Shown: in pieces, positions 28,065-37,800 of the stretch
Layout: each line of letters begins with the position of its first letter
Numbering within the stretch: the first letter of the stretch is position 1
Assembly: GCA_963666565.1 (NCBI GenBank)
Contig: OY762911.1
Coordinates: 1,408,001-1,472,000, forward strand
DNA from: Thermoanaerobaculia bacterium
GTDB lineage: Bacteria; Acidobacteriota; Thermoanaerobaculia; Multivoradales; Multivoraceae
Length of the DNA stretch: 64,000 nt
Direction of reading: 5' to 3'
The notes under the pieces: model-generated
Told to the model about the DNA's origin: nothing
Seen by the model: only the letters and a program-made list of their open reading frames with translations
Database searches by the model: none
Position numbers and translations under genes: made by a program

Positions 28065-29012
28065 CTACCGCGGAACGAGCGCCACGATCCGCACCGGCGC
28101 GCCGGTGCCGTTTTCAATCTTCATCGGGAGGGCCGCGAGCAGGAAGCCCGCCTCGGGCACTTCGGACAGGTCGCCGACGTTCTCCAGGTTGGGGATGCCG
28201 GCGGCGCCGCCGATCTGGTGGACGATGAAGTCGGTCGACTGGCCGTAGTCGATGCTGGCCGTGTCGATGCCGAGAAGGCCGATGGCCCGCTCCTCGATGA
28301 GCAGGCGGGCCGCGTCTTCGCCGACGCCGGGGAAGTGGAGGTTGCTGGCGTCGCCGGGAGTGTCGTCGCCGAGGTAGGCGAGGGCGTCGGGCCAGCGGGC
28401 GGCCCAGCCGGTGCGGATCAGCACGGCCGACGCGGCCGGCACCGGGCCGTGCTTCTCTTCCCAGGCGAGGACGTCTTCGGCGGTCACGAGGTAGTCCGGG
28501 TCGGCCGCCGCCGATTCCGTGACGTCGACGACGATGCCGGGCAGGATCAGGCGGTCGAGCGGGATCGACGCGACGTCGTCGCCGCCTTCCGCGAAGTGGA
28601 CGGGCGCGTCGAGGTGGGTGCCGCCGTGCTCGGCGGTCGCAAACTCCTTGGCGGCATAGAAGTAGCCGGCCTCCGTCATGCCCTCGGCGAGCGTCTCGAG
28701 CGCGAAGCCCTTGGTGTCGGTGGGCCAGTAGAGGGTGTCGCCGCCGTAGGCGTGGCTGAGGTCGATCATCCGCCAGTTGGCAACGTCTTCCACGCCGACT
28801 GGCGCGGCCGCTTGCTCGGGCGGCGGTGCTGCGCAGGCAGCGAGGTGCAACGCGCAGAACAGGCTGACCAGGACAAAGGAAGGCGGCTTCAGACTGGGTG
28901 CGCCGGCGTCCTCGCCGGCTGCCGCCGGAGGCGGCCAGGTAGTTGCGCCGGTCGCAAGGCCGGTGTCCGCTTCAGGGCGGGGTCGATGCAAATCGAGTGG
29001 TTGGCGGATCAT
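28065..29012 (-). CDS. Cyclase family (kynurenine formamidase-like) lipoprotein
   Basis: EHGGTHLDAPVH, GIDTASID, LEN and GTGAPVR; lipobox LAAC; GGAGG RBS. Confidence 0.9.
   Translation of the reverse strand: MIRQPLDLHRPRPEADTGLATGATTWPPPAAAGEDAGAPSLKPPSFVLVSLFCALHLAACAAPPPEQAAAPVGVEDVANWRMIDLSHAYGGDTLYWPTDTKGFALETLAEGMTEAGYFYAAKEFATAEHGGTHLDAPVHFAEGGDDVASIPLDRLILPGIVVDVTESAAADPDYLVTAEDVLAWEEKHGPVPAASAVLIRTGWAARWPDALAYLGDDTPGDASNLHFPGVGEDAARLLIEERAIGLLGIDTASIDYGQSTDFIVHQIGGAAGIPNLENVGDLSEVPEAGFLLAALPMKIENGTGAPVRIVALVPR
28894..28991 (+). repeat. Full-length REP element (type B core) inside the 5' end of the cyclase gene
   Basis: CTGGGTGCGCCGGCGTCCTCGCCGGCTGCCGCC-GGA-GGCGGCC..CCGGTC-GCAA-GGCCGG..ATGCAA. 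Confidence 0.8.
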
Positions 29013-29038
29013 GGCGTTCCTCCTCTCAGCAGTCCTCC

Positions 29039-30084
29039 CTACAATGCCAGCGCGGTCGAGAAGTCCGGCACTCCCTCCCAGCGCCCCGGATTGCTGGCCC
29101 GCATCACCGCGATCGTCTTGATCGCTTCCGGGTTCGCGATCCCGTGGGCATCTGGCCGGTGAGCACCCGGATCACGTTCTCGGCCTGGCGGATCGGGCAC
29201 TCGCCCAGGAACACGGGCGAGAAGCCGGCGATGTGCGGGGTCACGATGCAGTTGGGCAGCTTCAGCAGCGGGTCGTCCGGGTCGATCGGTTCCTTCTCCG
29301 TGACGTCGAGCGCGGCGGCCTCGATCCGGCCTTCGGCGAGCGCTTCGGCCAGCGCCGCGCCGTCGACGATCTTCCCGCGTGCCGCGTTGACCAGCAACGC
29401 CGTCGGCTTCATCAGCGCCAGGGTGTCCCTGTCGATCAGGTGGTGTGTCTCCTCGGTCATCGAGCAGTGGATCGTCACGTAGTCGGCCTCGGCGAGCAGC
29501 TCCTCGAGCGGCACGATCCGGACGCCGTAGAGGTCGGCCGCGACCTGGTCGACGTACGGGTCGGCGGCGATGATCCGCGCCGGGCCGAAGCCACGGACGC
29601 GGGTGGCGAAGGCGCGGCCGATGTTGCCGAAGCCGACGATGCCGACGGTGTGGCCGGCGATCCGGCGGGCGCGGGTGAGGAGTCCGATCATCGTTTCCCG
29701 ATGGCCCCAGCGGCCGTCGCGGGTCGTGCCGGCGGCGTCGACCACGCACCGCGTCAACGCGAGCATCAGCGCCATCGCGTGGTCGGCCACCTCGGTCGTG
29801 TTGGAACCGGGCACGTTGGTCGCCAGGATCCCGAGCTCGGTGGCGGCGTCGAGGTCGATCGAGTCGACGCCGACGCCCAGCCGGCTGACCACCTTGAGCT
29901 TCGGACAGCGCTCGAGCACCGAGCGCGACGTCAGCGGCATGACGCCGATCAGCGCGCCGTCGGCGTCGCCGAGGAGATCGGCCAGGTCGTCCTCGCTCCG
30001 GCAGACGCCCTCCACGACCTGGAAGCCCTGCGCTTCGAACAGATCCCCACGGTTGAAGGGGCTCTTCTGCATCGCTACTTTCAC
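29039..30084 (-). CDS. D-2-hydroxyacid dehydrogenase (CtBP/SerA-like) with an apparent 1-nt frameshift near the 3' end
   Basis: GIVGFGNIG, NAARG, LDV and TPHIAG motifs. The frame stops at 29104, but a more protein-like tail (HGIANPEAIKT...) runs in another frame to 29039. Confidence 0.85.
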
Positions 30085-30169
30085 GTTTCGCTCCTTGGGC
30101 CGGGGTCCTGGCGGCCGGGTTCGCGATGGGGTGTCCGGCCGGGGACGATACCGGTCGTCGGACTGGTCA

Positions 30170-30949
30170 TCACACGACGGGACAGAGTCCGCCGTCCAGG
30201 TTGATGGCGGTGCCGGTGATGTAGGCGCCGCGCTCCGAGACGAGGAACGCGATCAGGTCGGCGTACTCCTCGGCCTCGCCGACGCGGCCCAGGGGGACGC
30301 GCTTGCCCATCGCCTCGTAGACCGACTCGACGTCGACGCCCTGGCCTTCCGCCCGGCGCACCCACTGCTCGCTCTTGATCAGGCCGATGCAGATCGTGTT
30401 GACGCGGATGTTGTCGGCGGCGAGTTCGTTGGCGAGCGACTTCGTCAGGTTGATTCCGGCGGCCCGGGTGACGCTGGTCGGCAGCGCCCGCGCCGGCGCC
30501 GCCTTGCCGCCGCCGATCGTCGCGTTGACGATCGCGCCGCCGCCGCGTTCCCGCATCGACGGCACGACGCCCCGGCAGAAGCGCACCGCGCCCATCACCT
30601 TGAGCTGGATGTCCGCCATCCAGGCGTCGTCGTCCAGGGCTTCGAGCCCCTGGGCGGCCGAGGCGCCGGCGTTGTTGATCAGGATGTCGACGCCGCCGAA
30701 CTCGGCCGTCACCGCGTCGATGAAGCGGTCGACGTCGCTGCCCGACGTGACGTCGGCGGGCCGGGCGAAGACGTCGCCGCCGCCTCCCGCGCGCAACTGG
30801 GCCGCCGCCCGCTCCAGGTTCTCCGCCCGCCGCGCGCAGATCGCGACGTGGGCCCCCTCGCCCGCGAGCCGTCGCGCCGTCGCGAGCCCCATCCCATCGC
30901 TGCCGCCGGTGACGATCGCCACCTTGCCGTCAAGACCGAGTTCCAGCAT
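30170..30949 (-). CDS. SDR oxidoreductase (FabG-like)
   Basis: TGGSDGMG, NNAG, VPLGRVG and YITGTAINLDGG; GGAAGG RBS. Confidence 0.9.
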   Translation of the reverse strand: MLELGLDGKVAIVTGGSDGMGLATARRLAGEGAHVAICARRAENLERAAAQLRAGGGGDVFARPADVTSGSDVDRFIDAVTAEFGGVDILINNAGASAAQGLEALDDDAWMADIQLKVMGAVRFCRGVVPSMRERGGGAIVNATIGGGKAAPARALPTSVTRAAGINLTKSLANELAADNIRVNTICIGLIKSEQWVRRAEGQGVDVESVYEAMGKRVPLGRVGEAEEYADLIAFLVSERGAYITGTAINLDGGLCPVV

Positions 30950-31170
30950 TCGTTCCTTCCTCCGAGTTGTCCGCGTGAACCGCGAGTGTGCCTGCCACGA
31001 ACGGGTCGCGCAAGGCGGGGCGTCGCAGGCGGCGTCCGGCCTGGTCGCCGTCATCGGGGCGACGCGCTGTGCGGGCCGCCCATCGCCGAGTGATAGCCTC
31101 GCCTCGTCTGCGAGCGACCTCGGTCCATCGCCCCTTCCGAGGGAGGATCCTTCGTGGCGGCGGTGAGAGC

Positions 31171-31377
31171 ATGAACGGACGGGAGTTCATCAGACGAACC
31201 AGGCGATATGCGCGGAGGACGGAGCAGGACTTCCGTTTGGACACCCGCAGAGGGAAAGGAAGCCACGCGTTGCTCCGTCTGGGCAGCCGTCGGACCACCG
31301 TGCCGCAGGGGGAGATCGGCCGAGGGCTGCTGGCTTCCATGTTGAAGGACCTGAGTATCGACAGAGGAGAGTTCTGA
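31171..31377 (+). CDS. hicA: HicA family toxin
   Basis: 68 aa, basic, GKGSH motif, TTVP; directly upstream of HicB. Confidence 0.85.
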   Translation: MNGREFIRRTRRYARRTEQDFRLDTRRGKGSHALLRLGSRRTTVPQGEIGRGLLASMLKDLSIDRGEF

Positions 31378-31380
31378 CCG

Positions 31381-31809
31381 ATGCGCTACGCCTATCCCTG
31401 TGTTCTCAACCCTGAGGAGGATGGTGGCTTCTATGTTGTCTTTCCCGACGTTCCGGGCGCGCTGACGTGCGGCGACGACCGAGCCGAAGCGCTGGAAATG
31501 GCGGTGGACGCCCTTGTAGCCATACTCGCCAGTCACGTCCACAACGGAGAGGACCTTCCGACCCCAAGCGCCGTTGTGGATGGCCAGGAGGTCGTGGCCG
31601 TTCCGCCCGTTCCCGCCGCCAAGCTGGCGCTCTACTCGGCGATGCGGGAACAGGGTCTCAGCGAGGCGGCTCTGGCCAAGCAGCTCGGCTTGGACGAGGC
31701 TTCGGTCGGCAAGCTGCTCGATCCGGACCGCTACTCCCACATCAGCAGAGTCACGAACGCCCTTAGAGCCGTCGGGCGCAGTCTCGTGGTCGAAGACAGG
31801 GTGGCTTAG
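31381..31809 (+). CDS. hicB: HicB family antitoxin
   Basis: YP..EDGGFYVVFPDVPGALTCGD..EAL, C-terminal HTH. Confidence 0.9.
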   Translation: MRYAYPCVLNPEEDGGFYVVFPDVPGALTCGDDRAEALEMAVDALVAILASHVHNGEDLPTPSAVVDGQEVVAVPPVPAAKLALYSAMREQGLSEAALAKQLGLDEASVGKLLDPDRYSHISRVTNALRAVGRSLVVEDRVA

Positions 31810-31853
31810 CGCCGCCAGTTCGACGTGGCGGTCGTTGACAGGCAGCGAGCGGC

Positions 31854-32816
31854 TTGAGTGATGGCCTGAACCTGGCGATCCTCGCCGCCGGCCGTTCGGC
31901 GAGGTTCGGCCGACCGAAGACGCTCGAGCCGGTGGGGCCGAGCGGCGAGGTGCTGTTCGAGTATGCGATCTGCGAAGCGATCCGCGCCGGCTGCGGGAAG
32001 GTGGTCTTCGTCACATCGGCGGACTGGAACGACCAACTCATGAGCCGGGCGGCCGAGCGGGCCGGCGGGGCGGTTGCCCTTGACTCCGTGATCCAGAGCC
32101 TCGACGACACGCCGGGCGGTGCGTCGCCGCCGGCGCAGCGGGCCAAGCCGTGGGGGACCGGCCACGCCGTGTTCGCGCTGCGGAAGAAGATCGAGGAGCC
32201 GTTCCTGGTCGTCAACGCGGACGATTTCTACGGTCCGCGGGCGATCGAGTCGTTCGGCCAGCGGGTCGGTGATCTGCTGGATGGCGGGGACGACTCGCAT
32301 TTCCTTGCGGCGTACGAGCTCCGCCGCACCGGCGTCTCCCGCACGAGCGGCGTCAACCGGGGCATCCTCTCCGTCGGCCCGAACTCCACCTTGGAGAGGA
32401 TCGACGAGGTCTACGATGTGCGGGAGACAGACTCCGGCCTCGTCGGCCGCGACGGTGCGGGGGCGATCCGGAAGCTGTTACCCGAAACGCCGTGCTCGAT
32501 GAATCTCTGGGCCTTCCGGCCCTCGATCTTCGGCCTCCTCGAAGCCCGCTTCGAGGCCTTCCACGCCGGTCTCGGTCGTCCCCCAACGGACCCGCTGACC
32601 AGCGAGTTCCTGCTCAGCGAGATCGTCGGCAATCTCGCAAAGGAGGGTGCGGCTCGGGTTCGTCTTCTCGGGTTGACTCAAAGCACTGCTGGACTCACGT
32701 ATCCGGGGGACCTGCCGCCCGTCGCGACGACGCTGCAGCGGTGCGTGGAAGCCGGCGACTACCCGGCCGACCTCGGCGACTGGTTCGCGGACCGCGCCTC
32801 CCGGAGACCCGCGTGA
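31854..32816 (+). CDS. Sugar-phosphate nucleotidyltransferase
   Basis: ILAAGRSARFG..K, KPWGTGHA, NADDFYG and SMNLW motifs. Confidence 0.88.
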   Translation: MSDGLNLAILAAGRSARFGRPKTLEPVGPSGEVLFEYAICEAIRAGCGKVVFVTSADWNDQLMSRAAERAGGAVALDSVIQSLDDTPGGASPPAQRAKPWGTGHAVFALRKKIEEPFLVVNADDFYGPRAIESFGQRVGDLLDGGDDSHFLAAYELRRTGVSRTSGVNRGILSVGPNSTLERIDEVYDVRETDSGLVGRDGAGAIRKLLPETPCSMNLWAFRPSIFGLLEARFEAFHAGLGRPPTDPLTSEFLLSEIVGNLAKEGAARVRLLGLTQSTAGLTYPGDLPPVATTLQRCVEAGDYPADLGDWFADRASRRPA

Positions 32817-34573
32817 GGCTGAACGCCCTCGACTGGACCGTCCTCGCCGCCTACGGCGCGCTCGCGCTGGCCGTCGGGCTCGTCTTCGCGCGGCGGGCCG
32901 GCGCGGGTACCGGGCAGTTCTTCCTCGCCGGGCGGAACCTGCCGTGGTGGCTGCTCGGCACCTCGATGGTCGCCACGACCTTCTCGACCGACACGCCCAA
33001 CCTGGTGACCGACCTGGTGCGCAACGGCGGCGTTTCCGGCAACTGGATGTGGTGGGCGTTCCTGATCACCGGGATGTGCACGACGTTCTTCTACGCGAAG
33101 CTCTGGCGGCGCTCGGGCGTCTTCACCGACATCGGCTTCTACGAGCTTCGCTACTCGGGGCGGGCGGCCGTCTTCCTGCGCGGCTTCCGCGCCGTCTACC
33201 TGGGCGTGTTCTTCAACGTGATGATCATGGCGACGGTGCTGCTCGCCGGCATCAAGATCGGCGGCGTCCTGCTCGGCGCCGACAAGTACACGACGGTGCT
33301 GGTCGCGGCGGCCGTCACCGCCGCCTACTCCGCCACCTCCGGCCTCTGGGGCGTCGTCGTCACGGACCTCATGCTGTTCGTCATCGCGATGGTCGGCTCC
33401 GTCGCGGCGGCCTGGTACGCGCTCGCGCATCCGGCCGTCGGCGGGCTGGACGGCCTGGTCTCGAACCCCGACATCGCGTCGCGGCTCGCCCTGCTGCCCG
33501 ACTTCGCGGACTGGCGGACCGCCGCCACCGTCTTCCTGATCCCCATCGCCGTCCAGTGGTGGTCGACGTGGTACCCGGGGGCCGAACCGGGCGGCGGCGG
33601 CTACGCGGCCCAACGCATGCTCGCGGCCCGGAGCGAGCGGGACTCGATGGGCGCGACGCTCTGGTTCAACATCGCCCACTACGCGCTGCGGCCGTGGCCG
33701 TGGATCCTGGTGGCGCTGGCCTCGCTCGTCGTCTACCCGACCCTGGATTCGATCGCCGAGGCCTTCCCGCACCTCGATCCGTCGATCGTCCGGCACGACC
33801 TCGCCTACCCGGCGATGCTGGTGTTCCTGCCGCACGGGCTGCTCGGCCTGGTGGTCGCGTCGCTGGCGGCGGCGCTCATGTCGACCATCTCGACGCACCT
33901 GAACTGGGGCGCCTCCTACATCGTGGACGACGTCTACCGTCGCTTCGTCCGGCCGGGTCACGGCGAGTCGCACTACGTCCTGGTGGCGCGGCTGTCGACG
34001 ATCGCCCTGGTGGCGCTGGCGGCGGTGGTCGCGCTGTGGCTGGAAAACGCGATGCAGGCGTTCCAGATCCTGCTCCAGATCGGGGCCGGCACGGGCCTCA
34101 TCTTCCTGTTGCGCTGGTTCTGGTGGCGGATCAACGCCTGGTCCGAGATCTCGGCGATGGTCGTCTCGTTCGGCGTGGCCGTGTGGTTCCAGTTCGGCCA
34201 CGAGGGGGTGGGGCTGGCGTTGCCCTCGGCTGCGGCTCAACTCCTGCTCGGTGTGGCTCTGACCACTGCGGTCTGGTTCGGCGTCACGATGGCCACGCCG
34301 CCGACCGAGACTGCGGTGCTGCAGTCGTTCTACGACCGCGTGCGGCCGTTCGCGCGCGGCTGGCGGCGGGCCGTCGAGACCGGGGCCGAACCGCCCGGCG
34401 GCGCCGCCGCGGCGCTGCTCGCCTGGATGCTCGGCTGCGCCGCCGTGTACGCCGCCCTGTTCGCGACCGGAATGGCTCTCTACGGCCGGGCGACCGAGGC
34501 GGTCCTCCTCGCCGCCGCCGCGCTGGCGGCCGCGTACGGCCTGTTCCGCCTCCTCCCGCGCACGACCGCGTAG
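32813..34573 (+). CDS. Sodium:solute symporter
   Basis: FFLAGRNLPWW, SMVATTF and AALMSTISTHLNW; GTGA overlap with the upstream gene. Confidence 0.9.
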   Translation: MRLNALDWTVLAAYGALALAVGLVFARRAGAGTGQFFLAGRNLPWWLLGTSMVATTFSTDTPNLVTDLVRNGGVSGNWMWWAFLITGMCTTFFYAKLWRRSGVFTDIGFYELRYSGRAAVFLRGFRAVYLGVFFNVMIMATVLLAGIKIGGVLLGADKYTTVLVAAAVTAAYSATSGLWGVVVTDLMLFVIAMVGSVAAAWYALAHPAVGGLDGLVSNPDIASRLALLPDFADWRTAATVFLIPIAVQWWSTWYPGAEPGGGGYAAQRMLAARSERDSMGATLWFNIAHYALRPWPWILVALASLVVYPTLDSIAEAFPHLDPSIVRHDLAYPAMLVFLPHGLLGLVVASLAAALMSTISTHLNWGASYIVDDVYRRFVRPGHGESHYVLVARLSTIALVALAAVVALWLENAMQAFQILLQIGAGTGLIFLLRWFWWRINAWSEISAMVVSFGVAVWFQFGHEGVGLALPSAAAQLLLGVALTTAVWFGVTMATPPTETAVLQSFYDRVRPFARGWRRAVETGAEPPGGAAAALLAWMLGCAAVYAALFATGMALYGRATEAVLLAAAALAAAYGLFRLLPRTTA

Positions 34574-34581
34574 GCCCTCCG

Positions 34582-34632
34582 CTGGGTGCGCGGGTCTTCC
34601 GACCCGCATCGAGCGCGATGCCGCGAAGCGGC
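34582..34632 (+). repeat. REP-like element type A
   Basis: CTGGGTGCGCGGGTCTTCCGACCCGC then GCCGC-GAA-GCGGC. Confidence 0.85.
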
Positions 34633-34699
34633 GAGCACGAGCCGTTTCTGCATCCGGCGCAGGCGGAGGAAGCTGGTGGCCTTCCTATACTGGACGGAC

Positions 34700-35725
34700 A
34701 TGCCTCTACCGTCCGATCTGCTGCGGCGGGACGCGGAGGAGGCGGTTCGTCTGATCGCGCTTCATCTTCTCTCGCAAGCGCGGGAGGCCGCGCCCCGCAC
34801 CCTCGATCCGAAGGACGAGGAGGGTCTCCACGACTTTCGGGTAGCCATCCGGCGGCTGCGGAGCAGCTTGAGCGCCTGGAAGGTACAGCTTCGGGGAGTC
34901 GTCAGGAAGCGGGACCGACGGCCGCTCGCCGCGTTTCAGAAGCGGACCGGCGCTAGCCGCGACGCCGAGGTGGCGCTCGAGTGGCTGGAGGAGCAGGCCG
35001 GCGAATTGGCACCGGAGCACCGGCTTGGCTGTGAGTGGGTCAGGGCGCGACTTCGTTTGGCATCGCGAGCGCAATCGGGCGAAGCGAACCGGGCAGTGTG
35101 CGCCGAGTTCTGCGCGTGGGCCGACGACTTCGCTTCGCGCGTGACCCGCCACGCGCCGGCGCGGGACGTGGCCCGGGCGGACGCGGAGGCGCGGCTGGAC
35201 CGAAGCGCCGGCCAGATTGGCGCGGGCCAGCACACGGACGCCGGCGCGACTTGCGCGGAGGCTCTGGCCGAGCGGCTGGATCGTGTCGCCCGCAAGCTGG
35301 CCGAATGCGTCGACAGCCTCGGCGGCGACCGGAAGCGGAGCCCGCACAAGGTGCGCATCGCCTGCAAGCGCCTCCGCTACCTGGTCGAACCGGTGGCCGC
35401 GGAGAGCGGGATGGCGGACTCGCTCGTCGGTCGCTGCAAGCGGCTCCAGGACGTCCTCGGCACGCTGAACGACGGGAACGTCCTCGACGACCTTCTGAGC
35501 GCCTACCTCGCCGAGGCCCGCCCAGCAAGCGAGTCCGGAGTCGCGGAGCTGGTCCGCCTCAACGCGGCCAGGGCAGAGGCCAGCTATCGTTTGTTCCGAC
35601 GCGACTGGCTGGAAGGCGAGGGCATGCTCGCACTCCTCGATGAAGCGGCTGCGTTGGCTCGCCAACTCCGGGATGCCGACGATCTGGCGGACCGTCGCCC
35701 TACACGGCCGCGGGCGTCAGGCTGA
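34700..35725 (+). CDS. CHAD domain (polyphosphate-binding) protein
   Basis: LHDFRVAIRRLRS and HKVRIACKRLRY..LQDVLGTLND; TATACT 8 nt upstream suggests a leaderless mRNA. Confidence 0.88.
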   Translation: MPLPSDLLRRDAEEAVRLIALHLLSQAREAAPRTLDPKDEEGLHDFRVAIRRLRSSLSAWKVQLRGVVRKRDRRPLAAFQKRTGASRDAEVALEWLEEQAGELAPEHRLGCEWVRARLRLASRAQSGEANRAVCAEFCAWADDFASRVTRHAPARDVARADAEARLDRSAGQIGAGQHTDAGATCAEALAERLDRVARKLAECVDSLGGDRKRSPHKVRIACKRLRYLVEPVAAESGMADSLVGRCKRLQDVLGTLNDGNVLDDLLSAYLAEARPASESGVAELVRLNAARAEASYRLFRRDWLEGEGMLALLDEAAALARQLRDADDLADRRPTRPRASG

Positions 35726-35751
35726 ACACGCACGGCGGTTCGCACGAGGGG

Positions 35752-36948
35752 CTACTGCGCGCTCCGCCAGTCCTCGCCGGGCATCATGCGCCTCATGAAC
35801 TGGTCGAAGGAGGGCACGGTGAAGGCCGTGTCGCCGTGGCTTGGACTCCAGACCATCCCCTTGCCGATCAGCTTCGCGCGCATCGGGCCGAGCGAACTGA
35901 CCTTTCGGTGCAGCGCGGCAGCGATCTCGCCGGAGCGGTGGGGACCGGGTCCGAGTTCCGCCATCGCCCGGAGATAGCGCTTCTCGCCGGGCGTCAGGCG
36001 GTCGTAGCGTACGCGGAAGAAGCCCCGGTCGAGCGAAGCGACGACCTGCTCCTCCGCGTCCCGCACGTCGGCCAGCCGAATCGGCGACCGGGGCGCGACG
36101 TTCCACGCCTGCTGTCCCCATTCCTGCAGGAAGTACGGATAGCCCTCCGTACCGGTCAGGATGCGCTCCAGAGCGCCGTCCTCGATGTCGGCCGAGCGGC
36201 TCTCGAGAGGCCGGCGAATCGCCGTCCGGGCGGACTCCGGGTCCAGGGCGCCGAGCTCCCTGAACTCGAAGAGCCTCTCCGCGTACGAGCGGGCCCGGCC
36301 GAGCCGGCCGCGAAGCTGGGGCAGGCCGGCAACGGCCAGCATGAGCGGCCATCGCCGTTGCGCCGCGCGGTGAAAGGCCGCGACGAGCGCCCCCAGTTCG
36401 CGCTCGCGGGCATACTGGAGCTCGTCGACGATCAGCATCAGCGCGGACCCGGACTGGCGCGCCGCTTCTCCGACCGCGTCCAGGAGGGCCGTCAGGTCGA
36501 ACTCCAGATCGCCGCTGTCGGCCAGGCCGAGTTCCGGCGTCACGTCGAAGCCGAACTCCAGGTCCTCGTAACGGACCTTGAGCGCCGAGACGAAACCGGC
36601 CAGCGCTCTCATCGCCCGCTGCGCCGCCTCGCGGCGCCGCTTGGCGCCCGAAAGACGGAGCAGGACGTGCCGAAGCTCCGGCGCCAGGAGCGAGGGCAGG
36701 GAGCGTGCCTCCGACGCCTCGAACATCGCGGACACGACGCCCCGATTCTCGATTTCCTCGCGCGCCCGAGCGAGCACGACCGTCTTGCCGACGCCGCGGA
36801 GCCCAAGGAGCGCGAGGCACCTGGCGGGGCCTCCTCGCCTGCACTTCTCGGCAGCGAACTCGAGCGCGTCGAGAAGCTCGTCGCGCCCGGCGAGTTCAGG
36901 CGGCGGCGTTCCCGCACCGGGCGCGAAGGGGTTGTCGAAGCGATCCAT
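35752..36948 (-). CDS. AAA_16-type ATP-binding protein with C-terminal winged helix
   Basis: NPFAPGAG..PPELAGR, Walker A GLRGVGKT, Walker B IVDELQ, GYPYFLQ. Confidence 0.88.
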   Translation of the reverse strand: MDRFDNPFAPGAGTPPPELAGRDELLDALEFAAEKCRRGGPARCLALLGLRGVGKTVVLARAREEIENRGVVSAMFEASEARSLPSLLAPELRHVLLRLSGAKRRREAAQRAMRALAGFVSALKVRYEDLEFGFDVTPELGLADSGDLEFDLTALLDAVGEAARQSGSALMLIVDELQYARERELGALVAAFHRAAQRRWPLMLAVAGLPQLRGRLGRARSYAERLFEFRELGALDPESARTAIRRPLESRSADIEDGALERILTGTEGYPYFLQEWGQQAWNVAPRSPIRLADVRDAEEQVVASLDRGFFRVRYDRLTPGEKRYLRAMAELGPGPHRSGEIAAALHRKVSSLGPMRAKLIGKGMVWSPSHGDTAFTVPSFDQFMRRMMPGEDWRSAQ

Positions 36949-36963
36949 GGCGGGAGGAGTCTA

Positions 36964-37014
36964 TACCGAGATTAGCGAGTTTACCTTGTAGAGATAACTT
37001 CGCTAATCTCGGTA
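36964..37014. promoter_or_regulatory. AT-rich 15-bp perfect inverted repeat upstream of the AAA ATPase
   Basis: TACCGAGATTAGCGA-N21-TCGCTAATCTCGGTA. Confidence 0.7.
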
Positions 37015-37166
37015 CAACTCTAGCTGTCGCGTCGACGCCGACGGACTTCGTTCACGAAGGCCGTGAGCTGGTTGCCGCGTCGGCGGCGGAGTTCCTCGTC
37101 GGTCTCCGGGAACGGCCGAACGCGCTCCGTGAGCCCAGGGAGGCGCGGATCGGAGCGATCCGCGGC

Positions 37167-37204
37167 TTGACGATCGCGTCGGCTGTAGCTACGTTAGAGC
37201 TACA
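37167..37204 (+). promoter_or_regulatory. dinJ-yafQ promoter and operator
   Basis: TTGACG-N17-TACGTT; TGTAGCT-N7-AGCTACA overlaps the -10. Confidence 0.75.
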
Positions 37205-37223
37205 TTGCCGAAGGAGAACTCCG

Positions 37224-37481
37224 ATGACGACCGACACCGTTGTCCGCGCCCGAATCGACAGCGCCACGAAGGCGCGTGCCACCGAGGCGCTTCAGGCGAT
37301 GGGCTTGTCCGTCTCCGACGCGATTCGCCTCATGTTGCTGCGCGTGGCGGACGAGAAGCGGCTGCCGTTCGCCATACAGGTGCCCAATCCGACGACCGTC
37401 AGGGCCATGAAGGAGTTGGAGGACGGCAAGGGCAAGCGCTTCGAGAGCGCTGAGGAGCTGTTCCGCGACGTGGACATCTGA
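37224..37481 (+). CDS. dinJ: RelB/DinJ family antitoxin
   Basis: VRARID, GLSVSDAIR, LPF..PN.TT; AAGGAG RBS. Confidence 0.92.
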   Translation: MTTDTVVRARIDSATKARATEALQAMGLSVSDAIRLMLLRVADEKRLPFAIQVPNPTTVRAMKELEDGKGKRFESAEELFRDVDI

Positions 37482-37753
37482 TGCTCATCGCCGTTCGCTC
37501 GTCGCGATTCAAGCGCGACGTCAGGCGCGCGAAGGCCCGAGGCAAGGATCTGAGAAAGCTGCGGCGGCTGCTGGAGTCGCTGATCGAAGAGGAACCTCTT
37601 TCAGCGCGCCACCGCGACCATCCGTTGCGAGGGATCTGGAAGGGATACAGGGAGGCGCACATCGAGCCGGACTGGCTGGTCATCTATCGCGTCAAGGGAA
37701 GCGAACTTCATCTGGTGCGAACCGGAACGCACTCGGATCTGTTCAGGGAGTAG
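37481..37753 (+). CDS. yafQ: YafQ family mRNA interferase toxin
   Basis: FKRD, DHPLRG, HIEPDWLVIY and RTGTHSDLF; TGATG coupling. Confidence 0.93.
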   Translation: MLIAVRSSRFKRDVRRAKARGKDLRKLRRLLESLIEEEPLSARHRDHPLRGIWKGYREAHIEPDWLVIYRVKGSELHLVRTGTHSDLFRE

Positions 37754-37800
37754 ACCTCGTTGACGGCGCGGCCGATCCGCCAAGCGAGCGGCCCGCCGGA

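Noticed and set aside
37015-37223. Upstream extension of dinJ (ORF 36705-37481) or a separate gene remnant
   Set aside because: The promoter, operator and SD sit directly before ATG 37224, and no recognisable motif lies upstream.
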